From an uncultured Gammaproteobacteria bacterium (GTDB taxonomy: Bacteria > Patescibacteriota > Microgenomatia > Levybacterales > GWA1-39-11), in contig CAYYLC010000001.1 in NCBI GenBank assembly GCA_964472415.1, positions 67,269 to 131,268 of the forward strand: a DNA stretch of 64,000 bases, written 5' to 3'. The notes beneath the pieces are model-generated. The model ran no database searches, was not told the DNA's origin, and saw only the letters and a program-made list of their open reading frames with translations. The position numbers and the translations under genes were made by a program. Shown in pieces: positions 37,875 to 47,837 of the stretch (the first letter of the stretch is position 1; every line of letters starts with the position of its first letter).

Positions 37875-38179
37875 ATTTATTGATTGATACTACAGACAGG
37901 AAGAATACAAATATAAGAATCATGGAAGGTGAATCGCTTCTTATCGAGGAAAAGTTTAAGAATTCTGCAAATCCTGAATCAGTTTTAAGTTTGATAAAAA
38001 AAGGATTAGAAAAGTTGCAGTTAAATCTTTCCGATATTACAAATATCTACGTAAACCCTGGACCTGGTTCATTTACAGGTGTGAGAGTCGGAATTGCAGT
38101 TGCAAATGCGCTTTCTTTGGCACTTCAAGTTCCGGTAAATGACAAGAATGTTTCAGATCTTGAAATGCCGAAGTACTGA
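37871..38179 (+). CDS. tsaB: Miniature TsaB (N-terminal lobe only)
   Basis: LLIDTT..VNPGPGSFTGVRVGIAVANAL; only 102 aa. Confidence 0.88.
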   Translation: MNLLIDTTDRKNTNIRIMEGESLLIEEKFKNSANPESVLSLIKKGLEKLQLNLSDITNIYVNPGPGSFTGVRVGIAVANALSLALQVPVNDKNVSDLEMPKY

Positions 38180-38180
38180 T

Positions 38181-39119
38181 ATGTTTAAATTTCTTCATAA
38201 TTATTTCTTTCCTCATACCCGGAATAATCACCGTTCAAAAATTCTTCATAATACGTCTCTGTTTATAATCATATTGGTACTTCTTGCATCTTCTGTGGTT
38301 TCTCTTGTGGTAAATAGGGCAAACCCTTCAATTCTTGGTGTTACATATTCTATGACCGACCAAGAACTTTTGATTCTCGTTAATCAAGAACGAATTGCAA
38401 ATGGGAAAGAGCCATTGAAGCTTAATGCTGTACTGAGTAGTGCTGCAAAGCAAAAGGCTGAGCATATGTTTGCGAATAATTATTGGGCACATTTTGCGCC
38501 AGATAGTACGTCTCCATGGCATTTTATTACGACAAATGGATATAATTACATATATGCTGGAGAAAATCTTGCGAAAGGATTTTCAAATGCACAAGAAGTA
38601 GTTAAGGCTTGGATGGAATCTCCAGCACATAGAGATAATATATTATCTTCGCAGTATAGAGATATAGGGTTTGCGATTGTTCCAGGTCATTTACAAGGAG
38701 AAGATACTGTTTTAATTGTTGAGATGTTTGGTCAAGAGAAGAATCCATTTTTAGCAACAGCAGATGTAGGCGCTATTAACCAAGAAGTGGTTGGTGAAGA
38801 AGATATTGCATTAGATGAAAGTGATGCAAATGAGGTGGTAGAGGTGCCATTTTTGGGAACACACTCAGAAAATGATGGTTCAGAAGCGTTCAGGCAGGTA
38901 AGCCTTTATCAGTCGCAGCCGTTTTTTGATGCTTTGACAAGTGGGAAAACCATCGCCTTTATTTTCGCCTCGATTCTTCTTATTGCGTTGATTTTAGATT
39001 TTCTTATAATTTCCCGGCGGAAAATTCCTCGGATTGTAGGAAATAATATCGATCACATTGTGGTGCTATCTGTTTTTATAGTTTTTATAGTAATTTATAA
39101 TATCGGCACTATTCTATAA
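38181..39119 (+). CDS. CAP (SCP) domain membrane protein
   Basis: LVNQER..AAKQKAEHM..YWAH..AGENLA..AWMESPAHRDNIL; N- and C-terminal TM helices. Confidence 0.9.
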   Translation: MFKFLHNYFFPHTRNNHRSKILHNTSLFIIILVLLASSVVSLVVNRANPSILGVTYSMTDQELLILVNQERIANGKEPLKLNAVLSSAAKQKAEHMFANNYWAHFAPDSTSPWHFITTNGYNYIYAGENLAKGFSNAQEVVKAWMESPAHRDNILSSQYRDIGFAIVPGHLQGEDTVLIVEMFGQEKNPFLATADVGAINQEVVGEEDIALDESDANEVVEVPFLGTHSENDGSEAFRQVSLYQSQPFFDALTSGKTIAFIFASILLIALILDFLIISRRKIPRIVGNNIDHIVVLSVFIVFIVIYNIGTIL

Positions 39120-39382
39120 TGAAAAAAATACATCGCCATTTGATTTTATATATTTTTGAGTTAATTGTCCTGATTTCTGGATTTGTTGTGATTTTAAACC
39201 TTAACTTTTCATTTTGGAAACAGTTCGTCGTATTAGTATTCTTATTAGTATTTTATTCTCTTATAGGGCTTTTAAGACATGCGAGAGACAATGACATGCA
39301 TTTGAGAGTTGTGTTAGAATATATTGCAATATCGCTTATTATAGCGCTATTATTTATACTACTTAACATTACGAGAATTTAA
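39119..39382 (+). CDS. Small 3-TM membrane protein
   Basis: Three hydrophobic helices; coupled to the upstream gene by a TAATG overlap. Confidence 0.7.
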   Translation: MKKIHRHLILYIFELIVLISGFVVILNLNFSFWKQFVVLVFLLVFYSLIGLLRHARDNDMHLRVVLEYIAISLIIALLFILLNITRI

Positions 39383-39384
39383 TA

Positions 39385-40119
39385 ATGAAGGGATTAATAC
39401 TAGCTGGCGGAATGGCAACACGATTGCGTCCACTTACGCTCATCACGAATAAGCATCTTCTTCCTGTTTATAATAAGCCCATGATCTACTACCCACTGGA
39501 GGCTATGAAAAAGGCGGGGATTAAGGAAGTACTGATCACCTCATCTCCTGATCATTCTGGGCATTTCGCAAATCTTTTGAAGGACGGTTTTGATTTCGAC
39601 TTGCAGTTATATTATGCAGTGCAGCGTGAGGCAGGGGGAATCTCTCAGGCGATAAAGATCGCTGAGGATTTTGCAAAAGACGAAAAACTCCTTGTTATTT
39701 TAGGAGATAATATTTTTAACTATAATCTCAGAGGTGTAGTAGAACGATTTGAGGCGCAAGAAAAAGGAGCCGTAGTTTTCGGAATCAGAAAAGATACAGA
39801 ATCTAAACAATATGGTGTGATAGAAATGGATAAAGACGGGAAAGTGCTTTCTATCGAAGAGAAACCAGAGGTGCCAAAGTCTCCGTATGCACAATCTGGT
39901 ATTTATATGTATGACAGTCGCGTTTTCAAATTTATTGATGAATTAAAGCCATCAGCTCGAGGAGAACTTGAAGTGACGGATCTCAATAATAGATATCTTG
40001 AAGAAGGAACACTGAGTGCAGAAGTTCTTGATTGGTGGATTGATGCGGGGACTTCCCATGAAGAGTTATTAAATGCTAATATAATGGTTCGAGAAAAGGT
40101 AAAAAGTGGAGAATTATAA
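39385..40119 (+). CDS. rmlA: Glucose-1-phosphate thymidylyltransferase (short form)
   Basis: GLILAGGMATRLRPLT..NKHLLPVYNKPMIYYP, LGDNIF, EEKP, PSARGELEVTD. Confidence 0.9.
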   Translation: MKGLILAGGMATRLRPLTLITNKHLLPVYNKPMIYYPLEAMKKAGIKEVLITSSPDHSGHFANLLKDGFDFDLQLYYAVQREAGGISQAIKIAEDFAKDEKLLVILGDNIFNYNLRGVVERFEAQEKGAVVFGIRKDTESKQYGVIEMDKDGKVLSIEEKPEVPKSPYAQSGIYMYDSRVFKFIDELKPSARGELEVTDLNNRYLEEGTLSAEVLDWWIDAGTSHEELLNANIMVREKVKSGEL

Positions 40120-40122
40120 AAT

Positions 40123-41154
40123 ATGAAACTTTTAGTTTGTGGAGGTGCTGGGTTTATCGGATCAAACTTTATCCATCATATGGTAAAGGTACATCCTGAT
40201 ATGGAGATTGTAAATTATGACAAATTAACGTATGCAGGAAATCTTGATAATCTTAAGAGCCTTACTGATAATCCGCGGTATAAATTTGTTCAGGGAGATA
40301 TTATCGATTTAGAAAAATTAAATACCGTAATTCGCGAAAATAGAATTACGCACGTTATAAATTTTGCTGCAGAAACTCACGTTGATCGATCAATTCATGG
40401 TGGTGCAAAAGAATTTGTTTTGACAAATTCATTAGGGGTTCAGATGATTCTGGATGCAGTTAAAGAAAATAAAATCGAGCTTTTTGTAAATGTTTCAACT
40501 GATGAAGTCTATGGGTCGCTTAAGCTTGATGCAAAAGAAAAATTTACAGAGCAGACCCCTATTTGGCCGAACATGCCATATGCTGCGGCAAAAGCCGGAG
40601 GAGATCTTATGTGTAATGCATATTATGTGACACATAAAGTACCGGTTATTGTCACTCACTGTTCTAATAATTATGGTCCATATCAATTTCCAGAAAAACT
40701 AATTCCGTATTTCGTTTTTAAATTGTTAAATGGGGAGAAGGTGCCGGTTTATGGAGATGGATTAAATGTTCGGGATTGGATTCATGCGATTGATCATTCG
40801 ACAGCGCTTGATTTACTGCTCCACGAAGGTGTTCCTGGTGAGGTTTATAATATCGGATCTGATAATGAGCGGAGTAATATTGAAGTTACAAAAATGATAC
40901 TTTCTATCATGGGATTTGGTGAGGATAGGATTGAGTATATTCAGGATAGGCCAGGACATGACAGAAGATACGCGATTGATTCTACAAAAATAGAAAAGCT
41001 AGGATGGAAACCTCAATATCCACGCGAAGAATTCGAGCGAGGGCTTACAGAGACTATTGAATGGTACAAATCAAACACGGAATGGGTAGAAAATATTTGG
41101 AATAGAAAGAGAGACGAGATGAATAAATTCCAACAAGAGATAGATAAAAATTAA
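40123..41154 (+). CDS. rmlB: dTDP-glucose 4,6-dehydratase
   Basis: GGAGFIGSNF, DKLTYAGN, FAAETHVDRSI, STDEVYG, NNYGPYQFPEKLIP, DRPGHDRRY. Confidence 0.96.
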   Translation: MKLLVCGGAGFIGSNFIHHMVKVHPDMEIVNYDKLTYAGNLDNLKSLTDNPRYKFVQGDIIDLEKLNTVIRENRITHVINFAAETHVDRSIHGGAKEFVLTNSLGVQMILDAVKENKIELFVNVSTDEVYGSLKLDAKEKFTEQTPIWPNMPYAAAKAGGDLMCNAYYVTHKVPVIVTHCSNNYGPYQFPEKLIPYFVFKLLNGEKVPVYGDGLNVRDWIHAIDHSTALDLLLHEGVPGEVYNIGSDNERSNIEVTKMILSIMGFGEDRIEYIQDRPGHDRRYAIDSTKIEKLGWKPQYPREEFERGLTETIEWYKSNTEWVENIWNRKRDEMNKFQQEIDKN

Positions 41155-41579
41155 TGGAGCCATTTTTTGATAAATTCAAAATCCCAATTCGTGAAGGAAG
41201 AGGTTTTTCGCTTTCTCCAATTGAATTAAAAGATTACATTTCATTTGAGCCAAAACGTGTATATTATTTAACCGATCTTATTACCTCAACAGGTCAGCAT
41301 TGTCATTTGAAAGAAGAAGAATTCTTCGTGATGCTGAAAGGAAAGTGTAATGCGGTAATTGATAAGGGAAGTGGGAGAGAGGATGTGCCTTTGGATACAA
41401 ACGATGCGATATATGTTCCAAGTTATGTTTGGCATGGGTTTAAAGATTTTTCAGGAGATGCGATAATTCTTGCGCTTTCTTCTACAAATTACGATCCTGA
41501 TCGGAGTGATTATTTGGAGGATTATGAGAGGTATTTAGAAATTCGAGATGAGAAGTTCAGAGAGCTATATGGGATATGA
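41154..41579 (+). CDS. FdtA/QdtA-like cupin (sugar 3,4-ketoisomerase family)
   Basis: FEPKRVYY..GQHCH..EEFF..G..WHGFKDFSGDAIILALSSTNYDP..DY matches FdtA/WxcM-C. It lacks the RmlC motifs RG.F.E and LRGLH. Confidence 0.75.
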   Translation: MEPFFDKFKIPIREGRGFSLSPIELKDYISFEPKRVYYLTDLITSTGQHCHLKEEEFFVMLKGKCNAVIDKGSGREDVPLDTNDAIYVPSYVWHGFKDFSGDAIILALSSTNYDPDRSDYLEDYERYLEIRDEKFRELYGI

Positions 41580-42442
41580 AGATTGCAGTAACAGGTGCAC
41601 GAGGACTTGTCGGATCTAGAGTGTTGGAGTTGTTAGATAAAAAGCATGAATTCCTTCCACTCTCCTCTCAAGACATTGATATTCGGGAACGTCACTCTAT
41701 AGATAAATTTTTAAAAGGAAAGAACATAGATGTATTGATTCATATGGCGGCAAAAACAGACGTAGATGGAAGTGAAATGGAAAAAGATTTGGGAAAAGAA
41801 AGTGAGGTATGGAATATAAATGTTACTGGCACAAGAAATATTGCAGAATTTTGTAAGGAAAATGCTGTTAAATTAGTTCATATTTCTACTGATTTTGTGT
41901 TTGATGGAAAAAAACCTGTTGGAGAATTTTATACAGAAGATGATGTGCCAAATCCTATAAATTTTTATGCAATAACGAAATATGAGGCGGAGAAGGCTGT
42001 AGAAGAGGCGCAAGGAGATTTTGTGATCCTGCGGATTGCATATCCATACCGAGCGCATTTTGAGCAAAAGAAGGATTTTGTGCGAGCGATTCTTGATCGC
42101 CTCAGGCAGGGTTTGCCGATTGCAGGAGTTGAGGATCATATTATGTGCCCCACTTTTATTGATGATGCCGCATTTGCAATCGATAGCATCTTAGAACATA
42201 ATGGCTCAGGAATTTATCACGCGGTTGGGAGTGAGGATTTGTCTCCTTATGAGGCAATAATGAAAATTGTTGAGGTATTTCGTCTAAAAAAGGATCTTAT
42301 TTTAAAGACAACCCGAGAGGAGTATTTTAGAGGTAAGGCTCGTCGTCCATTTAATCTTAGTCTTAAAAATGGTAGAATAGAGGAACTTGGAATACGAATG
42401 AAAACGTTTCAAGAAGGTCTCCAAGAATTACGCAATATATGA
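41576..42442 (+). CDS. rmlD: dTDP-4-dehydrorhamnose reductase family SDR
   Basis: TGARGLVG, AAKTDVD, ISTDFVFDG, PINFYAITKYEAE. Confidence 0.88.
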   Translation: MKIAVTGARGLVGSRVLELLDKKHEFLPLSSQDIDIRERHSIDKFLKGKNIDVLIHMAAKTDVDGSEMEKDLGKESEVWNINVTGTRNIAEFCKENAVKLVHISTDFVFDGKKPVGEFYTEDDVPNPINFYAITKYEAEKAVEEAQGDFVILRIAYPYRAHFEQKKDFVRAILDRLRQGLPIAGVEDHIMCPTFIDDAAFAIDSILEHNGSGIYHAVGSEDLSPYEAIMKIVEVFRLKKDLILKTTREEYFRGKARRPFNLSLKNGRIEELGIRMKTFQEGLQELRNI

Positions 42443-43728
42443 CAATAACATTCATCGGACATGGATATGTAGGGCTCGTTACTGCTGCGGTTTTTGCAGA
42501 TCTAGGAAATACGGTACACGTTATCGGTCATACTGAAAAAAAAGTTGAAAATCTCAAAAAAGGAATAATTCCTATTTATGAACCCGGTCTTGAGGAGTTG
42601 GTAAAGAAGAATGTTGAAGCTGGAAGACTTTTGTTTAGTCTTGATTATAGACCTGCAATTCCAGAGTCTGAGATTGTTTTTATTGCAGTAGGGACCCCAC
42701 CTAAGCCTACTGGAGAAGCGGATCTTTCAACAGTTTTAGCAGTCGTTGAAAATATTGGAAAGAATCTTCAAGGATATACTGTTGTTGCGACAAAAAGTAC
42801 CGTACCAATTAGTACGAACAAAAAAGTGCAAGAAATCCTTGAGAAAACGAAACCACAAGGAGTTGAGTTTGATGTTGCGTCCGTTCCTGAGTTTTTGCGA
42901 GAAGGATCTGCGATAAATGATACGTTATATCCTGATAGAATAATTTTAGGTTCAGAAAGTAAGAAGGCGCATGAGCTTCTCAAAGAGCTTCATGAGCCGC
43001 TTCCTGGACAAGTTATACTTACAAATTTAGAAACGGCTGAAATGATAAAGTATGCTTCCAATTCATTTCTTGCAACAAAAATCTCATTTGCAAATGCCAT
43101 TGCTCATCTATCTGAGCTTACTGGGGCCGATGCTGTAAAAGTTTTGGAGGCGGTAGGGCTTGATAAGCGGATTGGCGGAATGTTTTTACAACCTGGACCA
43201 GGGTATGGTGGGAGTTGTTTCCCTAAAGACGTAGAGGCGCTTATCAATATTGCAGGGAATTATAATTATGATTTTCAGCTTTTAAGGATAGTTCAAGATA
43301 TTAATAAGAGCGCTCGGGATAGAGTTGTTGATAAGGCGGTGGAAATGCTTGGTGAAGCTAGTGGAAGGACTGTTGCTATTCTTGGCCTTGCTTTCAAGCC
43401 AAATACTGATGATATGCGATTTGCGCCATCAATTGATATTATCAAAAATCTTCAAAAAAAAGGTGTTATTATCAAGGCATATGATCCTGTGGCGATAGAG
43501 AATACAAAACAACTAGTCGAGAATGTAGAATTCTGTAGTGACGTCTATGCGACAGTCAAGGATGCGAGTCTAGTGATTGTCGTGACTGATTGGAATGAGT
43601 TCAAAGAGCTTGATTTTGAAAAATTAGGTAATCTTATGAAAGAGCGAAAGATTATTGATGCAAGAAATATCTATGACCCCGAAGAGGTTCGAGATAAGAG
43701 GTTTGAATATATTGGATCAGGGAGATAA
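42439..43728 (+). CDS. ugd: UDP-glucose 6-dehydrogenase
   Basis: GHGYVGL, PIYEPGL, KSTVP, PEFLREG, GYGGSCFPKD, FKPNTDDMR. Confidence 0.95.
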   Translation: MTITFIGHGYVGLVTAAVFADLGNTVHVIGHTEKKVENLKKGIIPIYEPGLEELVKKNVEAGRLLFSLDYRPAIPESEIVFIAVGTPPKPTGEADLSTVLAVVENIGKNLQGYTVVATKSTVPISTNKKVQEILEKTKPQGVEFDVASVPEFLREGSAINDTLYPDRIILGSESKKAHELLKELHEPLPGQVILTNLETAEMIKYASNSFLATKISFANAIAHLSELTGADAVKVLEAVGLDKRIGGMFLQPGPGYGGSCFPKDVEALINIAGNYNYDFQLLRIVQDINKSARDRVVDKAVEMLGEASGRTVAILGLAFKPNTDDMRFAPSIDIIKNLQKKGVIIKAYDPVAIENTKQLVENVEFCSDVYATVKDASLVIVVTDWNEFKELDFEKLGNLMKERKIIDARNIYDPEEVRDKRFEYIGSGR

Positions 43729-44664
43729 ATGCAGAAAGTTTTAATTACCGGGATAAATGGCTTTGTAGGAAAACATCTCATTTCAGGCTTTAAAGATAGT
43801 GAGATAGTTGGTCTTACACGAGCTGATTCATCTGAGACGGAAAGTGCTGTGCGATATGTCTCTGGAGATATCCTTGATAAAGAGCGAATCGAAGCGATTA
43901 TTCAAGATGAGAATCCTTCTATTATCCTTCATTTGGCAGCGTTGACATCACCATCTGAAAGCCTTAAAGATCCTATTGGGACATTAAATAATAATATCCA
44001 AGGGCAGCTCAATATTTTTGAGGCTATAAGAAACCTTGATTTACTTTCTACGAAAATCTTAACAGTATCATCTGCCGAAGTATATGGATCAGTAGATGAA
44101 AGCGAGCTTCCAATTTCTGAAAAGTCAGAGCTTCGTCCGAATACACCGTATGGAGTTTCTAAGGTAGCGCAAGATTTGTTGGGATACCAATATTTTGTTG
44201 CATATGGGGTTCAAAATATTCGCGTGCGACCATTCAATCATATTGGTCCAGGACAAAGTGATAAATTTGTTGTGTCTCAGTTTGCAAAACAGATTGCAAT
44301 GATAGAAAAAGGACAGCAGGAGCCTATTGTAAAGGTGGGAAATCTGTCACCAAAGCGTGATTTTACAGACGTGCGAGATATTGTTAACGCTTATCGGTTA
44401 ATTATGCAGAGTGGGAAGATCGGTGAAGTTTATAATATTGGATCGAATAAATCGTACGCAATTTCTGAAATTTTAGATATTCTGAGCTCATTTTCTGATA
44501 TAGAAATTTCTGTAGAGGTAGATGCGAACCTGGTAAGAAAGGTAGACGCAATAGATATTCGATGTGACTATAATAAGGTAAAAAATGATACTGGTTGGGA
44601 GCCAAAAATTGGAATTGAAAAATCTTTGAAAGATACGCTGGACTATTGGAGAGATATTCTATAA
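43729..44664 (+). CDS. rmd: GDP-4-keto-6-deoxy-D-mannose reductase (Rmd-like SDR)
   Basis: TGINGFVG, SSAEVYG, PYGVSK, RPFNHIGPGQ, VGNL..RDFTDVRD; adjacent to gmd. Confidence 0.75.
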   Translation: MQKVLITGINGFVGKHLISGFKDSEIVGLTRADSSETESAVRYVSGDILDKERIEAIIQDENPSIILHLAALTSPSESLKDPIGTLNNNIQGQLNIFEAIRNLDLLSTKILTVSSAEVYGSVDESELPISEKSELRPNTPYGVSKVAQDLLGYQYFVAYGVQNIRVRPFNHIGPGQSDKFVVSQFAKQIAMIEKGQQEPIVKVGNLSPKRDFTDVRDIVNAYRLIMQSGKIGEVYNIGSNKSYAISEILDILSSFSDIEISVEVDANLVRKVDAIDIRCDYNKVKNDTGWEPKIGIEKSLKDTLDYWRDIL

Positions 44665-44679
44665 AATGAAGACGTATTT

Positions 44680-45657
44680 ATGAAAAAGGCTTTAATAACA
44701 GGAATAACTGGGCAAGATGGAAGTTATCTTGCGGAGCTTCTTCTTGATAAAGGCTATGAAGTCCATGGCTTGGTGAGACGGCTAAGTACCCCAAATACTG
44801 AAAATATCAAACATCTTGTAGAAAAAGTGAATCTGATTTCTGGTGATCTTCTTGATCAAAAGTCATTACAAGATGCTATTCTCGAATCAGAACCTGATGA
44901 AGTATATAATCTCGCAGCGCAGAGTTTTGTAAAGACTTCATGGAATCAAGCAGTCCTTACTGGAGAGTATACGGCGATTGGGGTGACACGTATGCTTGAG
45001 GCGATCCGAGCAGTAAATTCGAAAGTGAGATTTTATCAGGCTTCAAGTTCTGAAATGTTTGGGAAAGTTACTGAAACTCCACAAAAAGAAACCACTCGTT
45101 TTTATCCTCGAAGTCCATATGGGGTTGCGAAAGTGTATGGGCATTATATTACCGTAAATTATAGAGAGAGCTATGATATGTTTGCGTGTTCTGGAATCCT
45201 ATTTAATCACGAATCTCCTCGTCGAGGGATAGAGTTTGTAACGCGGAAAATCACGAATGCGGTTGCCCGAATTGAGGCAGGTCTTCAAACGCATTTGGAG
45301 CTGGGAAACTTGGATCCAAAGCGTGACTGGGGATTTGCGGGAGATTATGTTGAGGCTATGTGGCACATGCTTCAGCAAGATAGTCCCGATGATTATGTGA
45401 TAGCAACCGGCCAGACACATAGCGTGGAGGATTTTGTAAGACTTGCGTTTGAAGCAGTGGGGATTACCGACTGGAAAAAATATGTAAATGCTAATAACCA
45501 GGAATTCATGCGACCAGCAGAAGTAGATACGCTTATTGGTGACTATTCTAAAGCGAAGCAGGCGTTTGGTTGGGAGCCAAAGACCTCGTTTAAAGACCTC
45601 GTTGAAATGATGGTAAGGGCGGATGTCGAGATAGTCCGCAAAGAGCAAAATTCCTAA
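44680..45657 (+). CDS. gmd: GDP-mannose 4,6-dehydratase
   Basis: [52 protein letters not shown]. Confidence 0.97.
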   Translation: MKKALITGITGQDGSYLAELLLDKGYEVHGLVRRLSTPNTENIKHLVEKVNLISGDLLDQKSLQDAILESEPDEVYNLAAQSFVKTSWNQAVLTGEYTAIGVTRMLEAIRAVNSKVRFYQASSSEMFGKVTETPQKETTRFYPRSPYGVAKVYGHYITVNYRESYDMFACSGILFNHESPRRGIEFVTRKITNAVARIEAGLQTHLELGNLDPKRDWGFAGDYVEAMWHMLQQDSPDDYVIATGQTHSVEDFVRLAFEAVGITDWKKYVNANNQEFMRPAEVDTLIGDYSKAKQAFGWEPKTSFKDLVEMMVRADVEIVRKEQNS

Positions 45658-45705
45658 TCACCTTCTCCTAATGATTTTTTCCTGCTGTTCCGTTAAAATA
45701 ATGAT

Positions 45706-46671
45706 ATGAGGTATGCGCTTGTAGCTGGTGGTGCTGGATTTATCGGTTCCCACATCGTAAAAGGATTGCTCAATAAAGGAGTTTTTGTGATCTGTGTGGA
45801 TAATTTAATTACAGGCCAGGAAGAAAATATTGAGCAATTTCAGAATCGAGATAACTTTATATTCCTTAATTTAGATCTTACCGAGTCTATTGATAGCTCT
45901 TTAAGGCAATTCGAAAAAATTGATTACATTTTTCACATGGCGTCGCCCGCTTCCCCAAATGAAAAAAGTGATAAAAGTTATATGACATTCCCAATCGAAA
46001 CATTATTAGTGAATTCAATTGGGACATATAATCTTTTAAACGTTGCTCGTGCTAAAAATTCTCGATTTTTATTTGCGTCTACCTCTGAAGTGTATGGAGA
46101 TCCAGAGGTTTCTCCACAGCCTGAGACGTATTGGGGGAATGTAAATCCTGCGGGGCCACGTTCTGTGTATGATGAGGGGAAGAGATTTGGTGAAGCGGTG
46201 ACGATGGCGTATCATAGGGAGTTTGATCTTGACGTACGGCTTCCAAGAATTTTTAATACATATGGAGAAAGTATGCGGCCTGACGATGGACGTGTAGTAT
46301 CAAACTTTATTGTACAGGCTTTGAGAGACGAGCCGATTACGATATTTGGAGATGGGAGTCAGACAAGAAGTTTTTGCTACATTTCAGATTTGGTGGATGG
46401 ACTCTTAGAGTTTATGATGCGTGATAGTTTAGCAGGAGAAATTATAAATCTTGGAAACCCCCTAGAGCATACAGTATTGGAAATTGCTGAAAAAATTAAA
46501 AAGCTAACTAATTCGAATTCTAAGATTATTTATGAAAAGCTTCCAGAGGATGATCCAAAAATACGAAAACCAGATATTTCAAAAGCAAAAGAACTTCTAG
46601 ATTATTCACCAAAAGTGGGAATTGATGAAGGATTTCAAAGAACTATAGAGCATTTTCAAAAAATTATATGA
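45706..46671 (+). CDS. UDP-glucuronate decarboxylase (UDP-xylose synthase family)
   Basis: HMASPASP, ASTSEVYGDP..PQPETYWGNVNP.GPRSVYDEGKRFGE, DGRVVSNF, DDPKIRKPDIS. Confidence 0.9.
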   Translation: MRYALVAGGAGFIGSHIVKGLLNKGVFVICVDNLITGQEENIEQFQNRDNFIFLNLDLTESIDSSLRQFEKIDYIFHMASPASPNEKSDKSYMTFPIETLLVNSIGTYNLLNVARAKNSRFLFASTSEVYGDPEVSPQPETYWGNVNPAGPRSVYDEGKRFGEAVTMAYHREFDLDVRLPRIFNTYGESMRPDDGRVVSNFIVQALRDEPITIFGDGSQTRSFCYISDLVDGLLEFMMRDSLAGEIINLGNPLEHTVLEIAEKIKKLTNSNSKIIYEKLPEDDPKIRKPDISKAKELLDYSPKVGIDEGFQRTIEHFQKII

Positions 46672-47837
46672 AAATTGTAATTATTCTTCCTACATATAAC
46701 GAAATCGATAACATCGAGAGGATTGTAGAAAAATTTCAAAACGAAGTTTTTCCGAAAATTAAAAATCACAAGATGTCAATTCTCGTGGTAGATGATAAAT
46801 CTCCTGACGGTACTGCGGAAAAAGTTAGGGAATTGATGAAGAAATACAAAAATCTTGAATTATTATCAGGAAGTAAGAAAGGACTTGGTGCAGCCTATAT
46901 TAGAGGAATGACTTATGCCGTGGAAAAAATGAATGCAGATGCAGTAGCAGAGGTTGATGCAGATCTTTCCCATCCGCCAGAAAAAATTCCTGAGTTTATT
47001 AAGAAATTAGAAGAGGGATACGATTTCGTAATCGGTACAAGGTATAGTGAAGGAGGATCAATTCCTGCTAATTGGCCAGTGCATCGAAAAATGTTTTCGA
47101 TCCTTGGAAATTTGTTAGTGCGGATAATTCTATTGCGACCTTATATTCATGATTGGACCGGTGGATATAGAATGCTCACTCGTAAAGTTTTCCTCAAAGA
47201 AAAAAAGGAACTTATTGATTATAATGGGTATGTATTTCAGGTAGCATTTCTTCACAAGGCAGTCCGAGACGGATTTAGGATTGCTGAAGTTCCGTTTGAT
47301 TTTACGGATAGGGCTCTGGGAAAGTCAAAAATTGCATCGTTTAACTACATCGCAAATGTACTCAATTATGTAATACGTGCAAGAATTTATGAATCGTTAC
47401 ATTCTCCATTTCTAAAATATGCAATTACTGGATTTTTAGGATATCTGATAAATGCAGTTATGCTTGAGGTTTTTCGACAGGGAGCACACTTAAATCCTGG
47501 AGTTGCTGCAATGCTGGGAGCAGAATGTGCAATCATCTGGAATTTTGTGGTAAATAATTTTTGGGCATTTCGTGAACATAAAATTACAAACCCATGGAAA
47601 GTACTTTTGAAATTCCCTCAGTTTAATTTAGTTTCTATTGGCTCACTTGCGATCACAAGCGTTGTTGTATTTATTGCGACACATGCATTTGGAGATAATA
47701 TTTTGATTCGCCAGATTTCACTTGCACTTGCTATTGGACTTTTGGTGATTCCCTACAGCTATACTATGTATAATGTCTTTATATGGAAAAGATGGCGAAT
47801 ATCATTCCTCGCAAAGCTTCAAGAAAAATTAGGGTAG
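46668..47837 (+). CDS. GT2 polyprenol-phosphate glycosyltransferase (Dol-P-Man synthase-like) fused to a GtrA domain
   Basis: ILPTYNE, VVDDKSPDGT, KGLGAAY, DADLSHPP, DWTGGYR; C-terminal 4-TM GtrA-like region (WNFVVNNFWAF). Confidence 0.9.
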   Translation: MKIVIILPTYNEIDNIERIVEKFQNEVFPKIKNHKMSILVVDDKSPDGTAEKVRELMKKYKNLELLSGSKKGLGAAYIRGMTYAVEKMNADAVAEVDADLSHPPEKIPEFIKKLEEGYDFVIGTRYSEGGSIPANWPVHRKMFSILGNLLVRIILLRPYIHDWTGGYRMLTRKVFLKEKKELIDYNGYVFQVAFLHKAVRDGFRIAEVPFDFTDRALGKSKIASFNYIANVLNYVIRARIYESLHSPFLKYAITGFLGYLINAVMLEVFRQGAHLNPGVAAMLGAECAIIWNFVVNNFWAFREHKITNPWKVLLKFPQFNLVSIGSLAITSVVVFIATHAFGDNILIRQISLALAIGLLVIPYSYTMYNVFIWKRWRISFLAKLQEKLG

